NCBI GenBank assembly: GCA_965222615.1
Contig: CBDCUI010000007.1
Coordinates: 672,001-736,000 of the forward strand
Source of the DNA: Gammaproteobacteria bacterium
GTDB taxonomy: Bacteria > Pseudomonadota > Gammaproteobacteria > UBA4575
DNA length: 64,000 nt
Direction: 5' to 3'
The notes beneath the pieces were generated by a model, which was given only the letters and a program-made list of their open reading frames with translations, searched no databases and was not told the origin of the DNA. Of this stretch, positions 10,670 to 20,279 are shown in pieces; the first letter of the stretch is position 1; each line of letters begins with the position of its first letter. Position numbers and translations under genes: made by a program.

Positions 10670-11452
10670 TTAGTCAAACGGATTCCACCATTTCTTTTTT
10701 TTTGATTCTTCGGCTCTAGCTTCTTGCACTGGTTCTTCCGGAACCTCATCATCCAAAACACTTCCTCCTGGAACTGTTTCATCTTGAATTTCATTAGATA
10801 ATGTTCGGAATGCATTAGCTACAGCAGTAATGGAAAAATCACCTTTAACAGGAATATCCGTTGAGTCTTTAGATTCCTTCCATTCAAATTGCCTTTTTAA
10901 TCCTTCACGAAATTCTACTGGATAGTCGTCAAAACTACCTTTTAACTCAGGTTTTACATTGCCAATTAAGGTTACTGTACCCTGACCAAATATCGCAAAC
11001 TTTTTCCCAGCGGAATGTACTTTTAGATTTTCACGCGCGATTGTGAAATTTACTATGGGGCAATCTTTATAACGATAATCGATATCTCGACCGTTGCCAG
11101 TAATCAAGCATACTCTACGTGTAAATTTTATATTATCTTGAGTTACGTTAAGGTTGTATATATTAGTGCCTTTCTTTAAAGTCTTTATAGCTTCCCTCTG
11201 TTCTTGGTTAAAACCATCTTTAACTTCTGGGGATCCGCCATCTCTATAGATAACGACTTGCTGTTGATAAGGCTTATAATCTGGCGCACTTGTTTCGGAA
11301 GTAGAGGTTGCACACAGTTGGGTAATTTGTTCCTGTGTGAAGCCTTTTTCCAAATAGAATTCAATGTCGTCTTTTGAACATTTTGCAAATACAGACGCAG
11401 AAACTGAATATGTTGCGAGTGTTAAAATTGTAATAATTAACTTTGTATGCAT
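10670..11452 (-). CDS. Hypothetical exported protein
   Basis: Likely start MHTKLII (11452) gives a signal-peptide-like N-terminus ending VFA; acidic tail ends KKKKWWNPFD; no family recognised. Confidence 0.7.
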   Translation of the reverse strand: MHTKLIITILTLATYSVSASVFAKCSKDDIEFYLEKGFTQEQITQLCATSTSETSAPDYKPYQQQVVIYRDGGSPEVKDGFNQEQREAIKTLKKGTNIYNLNVTQDNIKFTRRVCLITGNGRDIDYRYKDCPIVNFTIARENLKVHSAGKKFAIFGQGTVTLIGNVKPELKGSFDDYPVEFREGLKRQFEWKESKDSTDIPVKGDFSITAVANAFRTLSNEIQDETVPGGSVLDDEVPEEPVQEARAEESKKKKWWNPFD

Positions 11453-11576
11453 GACGAAAATTAGGTAGTAATAAGCCGAACTATACACGAAACGAGTCTA
11501 ACTAAAGACATACATTTACTGTAAATAGTTCCGATTTTTATCTAACTTATTATTTAATCAAGAAAAAAAGACAAAA

Positions 11577-11604
11577 AAATAGGCGTCCGAAGACGCCTAT
11601 TTTC
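11577..11604 (-). terminator. Rho-independent terminator of the porin gene
   Basis: Hairpin aaaataggcgtc-cgaa-gacgcctatttt followed by a U-run on the minus strand. Confidence 0.85.
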
Positions 11605-11645
11605 CAACACTAAAGTCCTTTTTAGCTTAAAAAGTCCTTTTCAAT

Positions 11646-13046
11646 TTAGAACCACTGAACGATACCAAAAGCAAACATTTCTAGATCACCACCAACCCCA
11701 ACACCAGCAGGACTGATGCCAAAGTCATAGTGAGCATTGTTGCCGTTAGATACTTCAGAATAGGTTACACGCAGCTCTGTTCCTGCAGGCATGGTGTAGA
11801 ACAAGCCGACGTTATAGGCATCGGCATCTGTACTGTTGTCTGTGCCAGCTGCATTTCCAAGACAAACACCACTCACTCCATTGAGATCACAATCTAGGTC
11901 GTCTGCATCCATGTATGAGAAGCGGAAGTCTAGAGGGCCAGGAAAGTTGTGCTTACCTGAGATCATCCAAGCATCACGCTCTACTTCTGTTGAGCCAGCA
12001 ACACCGGTTCCACCTAAGAACCCATCACCACTAGCACAATCATCATGCTCGTATTCGAGATCTTCGTACATACCAGAAATCCAGGTAGAGTGGCCGTTAC
12101 CCCAGTCATGGATGTAACGTCCTGCAAGACGCCATGAAGAATCGTCAGAATCTTCACAACCAAAGTCAACAGCTGCCCATTCATCATGCTCTTCATATGT
12201 AACTGCAAACCAAACACTAGAGCCACCGCCACCAACGCCGGTTTCATAAGCAATACCCAAAGACCAGATACGAGGATCTAATTCTGCGGTGCCAATTGCT
12301 GTGGTCACACGGACTTCATCATTACCATTGAAGTAGTTGAAGCCTGGGTCTTGTTGTGCGCTGGTTGTAGCAATGCGTGCTGTGAATCCACCCCAGTTAG
12401 GAGACATCCACTGTACAACACCATTTTGACGTCGGTTGAAAGCATTGTTTTCAGAACCAAATCCAGATCCGAAATTGGTGAGACCACCAAAGCCGCCACC
12501 GTTATCAAAGCCAAAACCACCATTAAAGAAACGGCCGGTTCCACCACCAACGTTACCCATGATTGAGGTGTGAGAATCCGCACCTGCATCATAGAAGGGG
12601 TCTACCCATTGCGCGACCATTTCGTTGTGTGGTAACAACCAGTTTGCAAACATGACTTCACCCCAAGGGCCGGCTAAACCGATTTTACTATTACGATTAC
12701 AGAAATCGTTAAAGCCAAAGAAGCCAGAACCGACAAAACGGTTATGGAAAGTGAACTGTTCACAACGGAAAGTTGCTTTAACAGCCTGCCCAGCTACGGA
12801 TACACCCGTATCAATATCTGCTGAGAAACCAAGATTGGCCGCGTTGTTACTGATACGAGTTAAATCTCTGTCTACGCCTGGACCATAGTGGTCTTCAACG
12901 TCGACAAATTCATATGACCAGTTTTGCCATCCGTAGATAGTCCAATTTGAATTTGCGTTACCGCCACCAACACCGCCTGCGAACGATGCCAGTGGCAAGG
13001 TCGCGAGTCCAAGTGCTAGCGCAGTTCCGATAAGTTTAGTTTTCAT
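11646..13046 (-). CDS. Outer-membrane porin (Gram-negative porin family)
   Basis: Sec signal, WTIYG, NRNSKIGLAGPWG, C-terminal aromatic ...GIVQWF; strong RBS gaggag. Confidence 0.85.
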   Translation of the reverse strand: MKTKLIGTALALGLATLPLASFAGGVGGGNANSNWTIYGWQNWSYEFVDVEDHYGPGVDRDLTRISNNAANLGFSADIDTGVSVAGQAVKATFRCEQFTFHNRFVGSGFFGFNDFCNRNSKIGLAGPWGEVMFANWLLPHNEMVAQWVDPFYDAGADSHTSIMGNVGGGTGRFFNGGFGFDNGGGFGGLTNFGSGFGSENNAFNRRQNGVVQWMSPNWGGFTARIATTSAQQDPGFNYFNGNDEVRVTTAIGTAELDPRIWSLGIAYETGVGGGGSSVWFAVTYEEHDEWAAVDFGCEDSDDSSWRLAGRYIHDWGNGHSTWISGMYEDLEYEHDDCASGDGFLGGTGVAGSTEVERDAWMISGKHNFPGPLDFRFSYMDADDLDCDLNGVSGVCLGNAAGTDNSTDADAYNVGLFYTMPAGTELRVTYSEVSNGNNAHYDFGISPAGVGVGGDLEMFAFGIVQWF

Positions 13047-13452
13047 GAAGATACTCCTCTTCGTTAACTATAAATTTCAACAAGAAAAATACTCGAGTAA
13101 TTTTCCTAACAAAGAATTCACATGCTGTAGTTGCGGCCTTAGTTATTGATTAAGGCGCTTCCCTCCCTCTGCATGTTGAATCTCGATCTGAGTGAAAAAA
13201 TCAGCGTCCCTGCTAATCTTCCATTTCAAGATAAATACAACAGAAGTTGTATTTGTACGACAGGTTGCCTGTTGAACCTCGGTAAGTCAAGCCATTTATG
13301 TTGTATTTGCACAACAATTTGTACCTACAATTTATAGTGTATCTTATATATTACCGTTACAAGATATAGGCGGATTGGAATTGCAGGTGAATGGTTTTTA
13401 TCGTCGCTCAAACTTATCGTATCATCTTATAGATTGTTGCTAATTTGCAACA
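13047..13452 (-). promoter_or_regulatory. Porin promoter and structured leader with paired TGTTG-N8-CAACA palindromes
   Basis: Minus-strand TTGACT-17-CAACCT at about 13290-13262; palindromes tgttgtatttgcacaaca (13299-13316) and tgttgctaatttgcaaca (13435-13452); about six GGA motifs in the leader. Confidence 0.45.
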
Positions 13453-13808
13453 AGCCTCTAAAACTAGATATAACTAGTTGATTTGTTTGAACTATTTTTT
13501 ATTAAATGGGTAAGCTAGCGGTTAAACAATGAAAATGTAGATTGATCGAGTCGTAGAGTGACACTTCGTCACAGTTACTGAATGAAAAACGAAACTAAAA
13601 CCAAGTTTATCGGCTGACTATATGATTCGATCTAAAATTTGCACGAGCTGTGAATGGGAAAGCATAAACTGGTGAGATTGATATGCAAACATTGATTTCA
13701 GCGGATGACGATCAATCTTTTAATTGCGTTATTTATACTTATTGTTGGGGCGGCAGTGTTAATCTCAAATTAAATTAAATAGCCAAATACACGATAAGTT
13801 AATATTAA

Positions 13809-14216
13809 CTAATGCTGTGTGGTAATTTTATCTAACGGCAAATAATTCATTTTTATTTCTTTTTGATATTCGCGATCCAAAATTAACTCAATCGTTACTT
13901 CGGTATTTTTCTCAGTTGCTTTAATTTGTTTAAGTTCTGGTAGAGCCGTTGCCATATAGGCACAACTTGCGGCTGCAAGCGTATCATTTTCATTTAATAA
14001 GGCCGTAGTGAGATTTGTTGCCACAAACTCAATTCGTTGTTCTAGCGTTGGATGGGCAAGGAATTGTCCTCTTAAAGTAATGCCTTGATCTAATTTTGTA
14101 TCCATTAACTGTAAGGACTTTTTTTGTGCAGGAGATAATCGTTTGTTTCGATTAAACTCAAGAACAGCTGAATTATTTAGTATCACTACGACTAGGTTAG
14201 ATGTGTTGTTATGCAC
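13809..14216 (-). CDS. Hypothetical protein
   Basis: 135-aa ORF, co-oriented with the upstream AAA/TPR gene; no family assigned. Confidence 0.7.
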   Translation of the reverse strand: MHNNTSNLVVVILNNSAVLEFNRNKRLSPAQKKSLQLMDTKLDQGITLRGQFLAHPTLEQRIEFVATNLTTALLNENDTLAAASCAYMATALPELKQIKATEKNTEVTIELILDREYQKEIKMNYLPLDKITTQH

Positions 14217-14287
14217 GACTGAGTAAAAAGAACAACATTGATTTATACACTGCAGCTATTTTTATATTTATGCTGCAAGTGAGTGCT

Positions 14288-16651
14288 TTATGGATTCGAA
14301 CTCTGGGTAGTACGCAATGATTTTATCTCTTCTAACCTCTGCACAAGTTGCTTATCAGCAGGATCTATAGCGAGGGCCTTTTTATAAAATAGAGCAGCAC
14401 GATGGGGATTATTTTTCTTTAAGTCCTGTTCGGCCCAGCTTACATAACTTTTCTTAATGATAGAAATACCTTGTAGTGCTATATCATTATTAGGATCGGT
14501 TTGAAGTACCTGCTTATAAGTTTCAAATGCATTGTCATTTGGTGGGGAGGTTAAGTTTTTATTTTGTAACTGCTGTTTTGCTTTTATCAATAACGTACCA
14601 ACCAATAAATTATTGGCATCATTATCATCCATGCTCACGTCTGATTTGTTTGCATTAATGGTACTGGTCTCGGTTTCAGACAAAGTATTAGCTTGCACCA
14701 GTTGCGTATCTAGATTTCTAAGTACTTGTTGACTTACTTGGTCATCGGGGTCAACTTCAAGGGCCTTTTTAAAGAAATATATGGAACGATCAAGATCATC
14801 GTTGCGCATATAGTAATTTGCCCAGCTTACATATCTTTCGTGTATGTTTTTAATTCCCTGTTTTGCAGCCAAATAGTTAGGATACTTTGACAGTATAGAT
14901 TGATAAGTCTCTAAGGCATTTTCACCTGGTGGAGTAGTTAAGTTCTTGGCTTCAAATTGTTGTGACGCAAGCGCTAACAATTCAACAACTTCTGGATCAT
15001 CGTAGGGGCTGGTTATTTGTTGGCGGTCTTGTTGAACGGATGCATCAGTAGAATTTTGCGTGTTGTCAATTTTAGTAAGAGCTTTATCCTCATTTGAGGG
15101 CTCCATTACAGATTCTTCCGAAGCAGATTTTTCAGGAACAGTGATAACCGCAACTTCTTGATCGGTGACTGTTTCAATTTCCTTGCCAGGCAGCGGATCG
15201 ATCGTGGTTGGTAGCTCCTCGACAATAGCAGGTGGTTCGACTTGATCGGCGACTGTTTCAATTTCCTTGCCAGGCAGCGGATCGATCGTGGTTGGTAGCT
15301 CCTCGGCAATAGCAGGTGGTTCGACTTGATCGGCGACTGTTTCAATTTCCTTGTCAGGCAGCGGGTCGATCGTAGTTGGTAGCTCCTCGGCAATAATACG
15401 TGGTTCAGCCGTTTCCTCTATAGTTTCGTTCTCGATAATCGTACTGCGAGGGCTCTCGACATTACCGTAATCTTGTTCAATGTTTTCGTCGTCAATACCT
15501 AAGTCCTTATCTAAAATAAAAGGGCGAAGTTGAAAATAGATTAATGTAATTAATCCAATAACTAGCAAAGGAGCTATAGATTGCATTATAAAAGATGACT
15601 TTTTATCGATAGCCATCGAATTGGATGTGGAGACCCACTGTGTTGGCATGACTTCTTTTTCTAACTCAGCAATCTCGCTGTGAGAGTAGTCTAATGTTTC
15701 GTTGTCTTTACTAGCAGCAATTTTTGGGATAACCGCTGCAATAGATTCTAGATTATCGCTTTTTTTAGTTTGGGTAATAGGTGTACTGCTTTTTTGTTTT
15801 TCTTTTCTAAAGGAAATATTAGCAATAAGTCGGTTGATTTCTTTTTGTGTGGGATATGAATTTTCTAGCTGAGCGCCACTGTCTTTGGCAGATTGTTTTG
15901 CAAAAGCTACCGCTTGGTTTACGATGTCCGTTGTAATTGAACTAGTCTTAGTTTTATATGCAAGTGCTGAGCACCATTCCAGTAGTACATCCAGATGTTG
16001 CAAATTGCCAGAGACATGCTTAGCAAGTAAACTTAAAGCACTTCGATCGAATTGCAGTTCGTCATTTCTAGGTTTAATTCGATAATCTTTTTTTGTTGAA
16101 TAGATGCGTATATCAGTTTCGTTCAACTCATCCAATGAACAATGAATAAAGTCCTGTAAAGAGATATCTTCGATATTCTCAAGTTGGTTTTTTAATTTAG
16201 GCGAACCTCCCAATATTAAGCTTATCCCTGAATCGCTGTAGGCAAGTTGCTCATTAATAGTAAACAGATCTTGTAATATATTGGTGGGCAGACAATCTGC
16301 AGAATCTACAATTACTGTTAATTCTTCTCCCAATAAGGCTGACTCGTGAATGAAATCCTTAATCGAGTTGAAGTCATTTTCCTCTTCGCTGTTATCCTTT
16401 GAATAAGAACTAAGTAAATCTGGACCATTTAGAAAGATCATGCGCTCATTCACAGCTACCTTAGTACTAATCGTCCGTAACAAGGTTGTTTTGCCTTTTT
16501 TGGATTCGCCGGTTAGTAAGATAGTAATAGGACGATTTTGAATAGAAATAAGAATTTCGTTTTGAACACGCTTTACAACACTTGGTGGTGCAGATGTAAG
16601 ATCCACTTCATTTCTTAAAGTCGGTATTTTAGTGTGTGTAGCTGTGTTCAT
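14288..16651 (-). CDS. ExeA-like AAA ATPase domain + TM + repeat linker + TPR-like periplasmic domains
   Basis: Walker A GESKKGKT, VIVDSAD, ILGGSPKL; one TM (IAPLLVIGLITLIYF); two LTxPPxxNAxETY...PN helical repeats. Confidence 0.75.
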   Translation of the reverse strand: MNTATHTKIPTLRNEVDLTSAPPSVVKRVQNEILISIQNRPITILLTGESKKGKTTLLRTISTKVAVNERMIFLNGPDLLSSYSKDNSEEENDFNSIKDFIHESALLGEELTVIVDSADCLPTNILQDLFTINEQLAYSDSGISLILGGSPKLKNQLENIEDISLQDFIHCSLDELNETDIRIYSTKKDYRIKPRNDELQFDRSALSLLAKHVSGNLQHLDVLLEWCSALAYKTKTSSITTDIVNQAVAFAKQSAKDSGAQLENSYPTQKEINRLIANISFRKEKQKSSTPITQTKKSDNLESIAAVIPKIAASKDNETLDYSHSEIAELEKEVMPTQWVSTSNSMAIDKKSSFIMQSIAPLLVIGLITLIYFQLRPFILDKDLGIDDENIEQDYGNVESPRSTIIENETIEETAEPRIIAEELPTTIDPLPDKEIETVADQVEPPAIAEELPTTIDPLPGKEIETVADQVEPPAIVEELPTTIDPLPGKEIETVTDQEVAVITVPEKSASEESVMEPSNEDKALTKIDNTQNSTDASVQQDRQQITSPYDDPEVVELLALASQQFEAKNLTTPPGENALETYQSILSKYPNYLAAKQGIKNIHERYVSWANYYMRNDDLDRSIYFFKKALEVDPDDQVSQQVLRNLDTQLVQANTLSETETSTINANKSDVSMDDNDANNLLVGTLLIKAKQQLQNKNLTSPPNDNAFETYKQVLQTDPNNDIALQGISIIKKSYVSWAEQDLKKNNPHRAALFYKKALAIDPADKQLVQRLEEIKSLRTTQSSNP
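15157..15395. repeat. Intragenic 84-bp tandem repeat (about 2.85 copies; 28-aa unit IAEELPTTIDPLPxKEIETVADQVEPPA)
   Basis: Units start at 15157, 15241 and 15325 and are nearly identical in DNA. Confidence 0.95.
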
Positions 16652-16860
16652 TGTTTTTAAAGTAGTATAAAACAGTTACAAATTAATAAGTGTCTATAAT
16701 ATAAGAACAAGCGTGTTAACAAAGTGATATTTCGCCTTTTTTGATTGTTTTTTTACAAGTAAGTGCAAAAAAAGCTATTTCCCATAATTATTCTATGGGA
16801 AAATTTTTGAACTTAAGATTAAAAATTAATCTAGGTTATGAAGTAAAAGTTTTATACAAG

Positions 16861-17202
16861 CTAAAGCTTGGAGACGGTTATTTCTTTGGATGGATTTATA
16901 TAAAAATCTCTAATACAAGTTTTTCGTGTTTGTAAGAAAATTGTATCGTTAGTCACAAATTGATATGGGCCGTAAATTTTATCAATTAAACTCAGCACAA
17001 TTTTCTGTTCTTCATAATCGTTACCTTGATCAAGGTAGTGGCCAATTAATTCCACTTCTTTTAATCCAATGTCACGATTCATTGCAATTACGCGTGCGGC
17101 ATTGGCTTTCCAAGAACAAAAGCGAGTGATTTCAGGATGTCCTTCAGCGAAAGCTTGTGAACTAGCTAGAAGTGCTGCAGATATAACGAGGGTCCTTAAC
17201 AT
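16861..17202 (-). CDS. Small exported hypothetical protein
   Basis: Start reassigned to MLRTLVISAALLASSQAFA (RBS cagggag, signal peptide ending AFA); two Cys in the mature part. Confidence 0.7.
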   Translation of the reverse strand: MLRTLVISAALLASSQAFAEGHPEITRFCSWKANAARVIAMNRDIGLKEVELIGHYLDQGNDYEEQKIVLSLIDKIYGPYQFVTNDTIFLQTRKTCIRDFYINPSKEITVSKL

Positions 17203-17604
17203 CGTGTACTCCCTGTATTGGCTCGGTATATACTGATTTACTGCATAAATTAGACCAATCCTTGAATAAACCAACGCCTGTATAGACACAAATATTATTT
17301 GGTATGAAACTAAGTACAAACGGTGGGTGTTGCACATTTCTAAGCAGCATTATTTGCTTAATTTTGGACAAATAAGAGTACTTATGGTCAATTTTTGCAT
17401 GAAATATTACGTCTTCTACCATTAACAGATTCATCAATGGGATGGAGTTACCAGTAAATATTACGGTCACTTAGGTATTTGTTTTGGTTCTGCATCGGGC
17501 CATATGTGAATATAGTCATGCTAATCATGGCGATAAACGATACATCTGTTACTATCTGTGTATAGCAAACCAAAAGTTTTTTGTGTAACCATTAAGGAGA
17601 AAAC

Positions 17605-18894
17605 GTGAGTAATAATTCTGATTATGGGTTTGCAACACGTGCCATTCATGCAGGTGCTGCACCAGATCCAAGTACGGGAGCCCGTGCTACACCTATCCAC
17701 CAGTCTACTGCCTTTGTTTTTAACGATGCGGATCATGCTGCAGCGTTATTTGGTTTAGAGGAATTCGGATTTATTTATTCACGTCTTACCAACCCAACGG
17801 TGAGTGTTTTCCAGGATAGAATGGCAAATTTAGAAGGTGGTGTTGCAGCGGTTTGCACCGCCTCTGGTCATTCTGCGCAATTGCTTGCGCTATTTGCATT
17901 AATGAATAGTGGAGATGAGTTTGTCGCTTCTAATAAACTTTATGGTGGTTCAATTACTCAATTTGGGCATAGTTTCAAAAAGTTTGGCTGGAAAGTAAAT
18001 TTTGTTGATCCAGTTGATCCCGAAAATTTTCGCAAAGCGATTAATGAAAAAACTAAAGCAGTATTTATTGAAAGCTTAGCAAACCCGGGTGGCATCGTCT
18101 GTGATGTTGAAGCAATTGCTGCGATAGCACATGAAGCAGGTATTCCGTGCATAGTAGATAACACCTTACCTTCACCTGCACTGTGTCGGCCAATAGAATA
18201 TGGTGCTGATATTGTGGTGCATTCTACGACCAAGTTTATCTCTGGTCACGGTAATGCAATGGGGGGTGCGATCATAGATAGTGGTAACTTTGACTGGTCG
18301 CAAAATGATAAATTTCCAGGGTTGGTAGAAGAATGTGAGGCATATCATGGTCTAAGATTTCAACAGACCTTTGGTAATCTCGCTTATGCAGTTTTTTGCA
18401 TTGCCGTGGGGTTAAGAGACTTGGGTCCAAGCATGTCGCCGATGAATGCTTATCTTTCACTTACCGGTGCAGAGACTTTACCTCTGCGCATGCAAAGGCA
18501 CGCAGACAATGCCTTGGAAGTAGCAAAGTGGTTACAGAGTCATGAGAAAGTTTCATGGGTGTCCTATGCAGGTTTACCAGATAATGAATTTCATAGCTTG
18601 GCACAAAAGTATTGCCCAAGTGGGGCGGGTTCAGTGTTTACCTTTGGCGTAAAAGGTGGTTATGAAACTGGTTCAGGGGTAGTAAGTAACTGCAAACTGT
18701 TTTCACATCTAGCTAATATTGGTGATACGCGCTCACTTGTTATTCATCCGGCTTCCACCACACACAGACAACTCACTGAAGAACAACAAATTACCGCGGG
18801 TGCTGGGCCAGATGTAGTAAGATTATCAATAGGCTTAGAAGATGCCAAAGATATTATTGCCGATTTAGATCAAGCCTTAGCGGCAAGCAAATAA
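17605..18894 (+). CDS. metY: O-acetylhomoserine aminocarboxypropyltransferase/sulfhydrylase (MetY family)
   Basis: IYSRLTNPT, PLP lysine motif HSTTKFISGHG, HLANIGDTRSLVIHPASTTH; RBS aaggag. Confidence 0.9.
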   Translation: MSNNSDYGFATRAIHAGAAPDPSTGARATPIHQSTAFVFNDADHAAALFGLEEFGFIYSRLTNPTVSVFQDRMANLEGGVAAVCTASGHSAQLLALFALMNSGDEFVASNKLYGGSITQFGHSFKKFGWKVNFVDPVDPENFRKAINEKTKAVFIESLANPGGIVCDVEAIAAIAHEAGIPCIVDNTLPSPALCRPIEYGADIVVHSTTKFISGHGNAMGGAIIDSGNFDWSQNDKFPGLVEECEAYHGLRFQQTFGNLAYAVFCIAVGLRDLGPSMSPMNAYLSLTGAETLPLRMQRHADNALEVAKWLQSHEKVSWVSYAGLPDNEFHSLAQKYCPSGAGSVFTFGVKGGYETGSGVVSNCKLFSHLANIGDTRSLVIHPASTTHRQLTEEQQITAGAGPDVVRLSIGLEDAKDIIADLDQALAASK

Positions 18895-18911
18895 ATCCTG
18901 TAGGCATAACC

Positions 18912-18944
18912 GCACAAGCTCGCACTTTTAGTGTGAACTTGTAC
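18912..18944. terminator. Imperfect hairpin between convergent metY and DUF1501 genes
   Basis: gcacaagctcgcact-ttt-agtgtgaacttgtac. Confidence 0.45.
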
Positions 18945-18970
18945 TGGTAAGTATTTGCGTCTAATCGCTA

Positions 18971-20260
18971 TTAGCTAAGATGCGGGAAACCTGTAGATCG
19001 GTTTTGATTGAGGAAACTAACGTTTTCTGCACCCAGTGCAAATTGATTCATTGCCAACTCGGTATTGGTAATCCCGGCCAGCTGACGGACCAAGCTATGT
19101 ACGTGTTTAGGTTCAAGTTCGACCCCATTAGCATCTTCTTGCAACGTACTTGGGTTGATCTTTAATGCATCTTGGGTGCCAGTCGTGCAACCCACTACAC
19201 GATTAGTCCAGCCAACATTCTTCTTCATTAAGACCGCACTGCCTACCGCCCAATGGTCTTTGCCATTGCCACCGTTATATTTAGGTGTGCGTGCAAAGTC
19301 GCTGGTTAATACCACTAATAGACGATTTGCGATACCGAGTTGTCCGGCACGTGTCCAAATGTAGTCGACGAGGTTAGTGAAATCCGTTAAGGCTACTGCC
19401 TGTCGGGCATCGTGATCTGAGTGCGTGTCAAAACCAAAAGATTGAACCGCAGCGGAACAACACACGCCTTCGCGCATCGCATGTAAAGCCACATCGGCAT
19501 GGGTAATCATGTAATTGGTTTTACCAGTTAGATCCTTGTTATCAAAAGAGGCGGGGAGATTGTTCCCAAAATTTTCTAATACACTAGTGTTCGCTTGACT
19601 GTTTCTGAGTTCGGCAATTTTTTCCTTGGTTTTAGGTAGGTGGTTTTGCTGTAGCAGGTCTTGTGCACGTTGTAATTGTGCCTGTCTGACTAAATCAAGT
19701 GCAGTTTGTGAAAAGTAATTACCATTTCCTCTTTTGTTCGGCAAAGATACGTCTTTAATTCTGTTGGCACTGGCACGGGTATATTTAACAATGCCGCCTG
19801 CTGTTTCGGTGACAGGTCCTTGACCAAGGTACGCCAAAGGTAAGTCTTGTCCAACTACGGCACTATAAAGTCCTTCGCTAGTGGGGAAACCGGTTGCCAA
19901 TTTACCCGTAACTTGATGTCTCCTGCCCGCAGGATGTGCATTGGTGTGGCCATGGACGCCATTAATGACCAGCATGTCTTGGTAATATTTATTAAAGAAT
20001 GCGGCGTTATTAGCAAAAGGCGCATATCGTAGATTTCCAGCAACACGCGAATTATCGTTATTAGCCCAATTATTTACATCGGTGCGTTGTTTTGGATCAC
20101 AAAAACTACTGGTATCCCAGGCCCCATTTGCATGTACATTCATCACCAATAGACCGCTATGCGGATAGGCCGCTCTGACGGTATTGATATTCAAACCAAA
20201 AGGCAATAGCGAACTTGCCCCGGCATAAGACATGAGTTTTAAGAAGTCACGACGTTCCAT
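18971..20260 (-). CDS. Tat-exported DUF1501-family protein
   Basis: MERRDFLK twin-arginine signal; GAWD...DPK, FDTHSDH, SDFARTP, GKDHW motifs typical of DUF1501. Confidence 0.85.
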   Translation of the reverse strand: MERRDFLKLMSYAGASSLLPFGLNINTVRAAYPHSGLLVMNVHANGAWDTSSFCDPKQRTDVNNWANNDNSRVAGNLRYAPFANNAAFFNKYYQDMLVINGVHGHTNAHPAGRRHQVTGKLATGFPTSEGLYSAVVGQDLPLAYLGQGPVTETAGGIVKYTRASANRIKDVSLPNKRGNGNYFSQTALDLVRQAQLQRAQDLLQQNHLPKTKEKIAELRNSQANTSVLENFGNNLPASFDNKDLTGKTNYMITHADVALHAMREGVCCSAAVQSFGFDTHSDHDARQAVALTDFTNLVDYIWTRAGQLGIANRLLVVLTSDFARTPKYNGGNGKDHWAVGSAVLMKKNVGWTNRVVGCTTGTQDALKINPSTLQEDANGVELEPKHVHSLVRQLAGITNTELAMNQFALGAENVSFLNQNRSTGFPHLS

Positions 20261-20279
20261 GATGTAAACTCCAGTTCAT

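Noticed and set aside
11010-11021. gcggaatgtact matching the miniature-element core
   Set aside because: Only 12 bp, inside a CDS, with no flanking inverted repeats; probably chance.
13146-13337. 63-aa Cys-rich + strand ORF
   Set aside because: It overlaps the porin promoter and leader; the Cys codons arise from the TGT-rich operator palindromes.
15157-15395. 84-bp repeats as a CRISPR array
   Set aside because: Units are contiguous with no unique spacers, stay in frame inside a CDS, and no cas genes are present.
17162-17470. 102-aa minus-strand ORF and the N-terminal extension of the 16861 ORF
   Set aside because: It overlaps the better-supported gene starting at 17202 and has no RBS or recognisable motif.
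17340-17604. SAM riboswitch upstream of metY
   Set aside because: No SAM-I, SAM-II or SAM-V consensus recognisable by eye; an Rfam scan would settle it.
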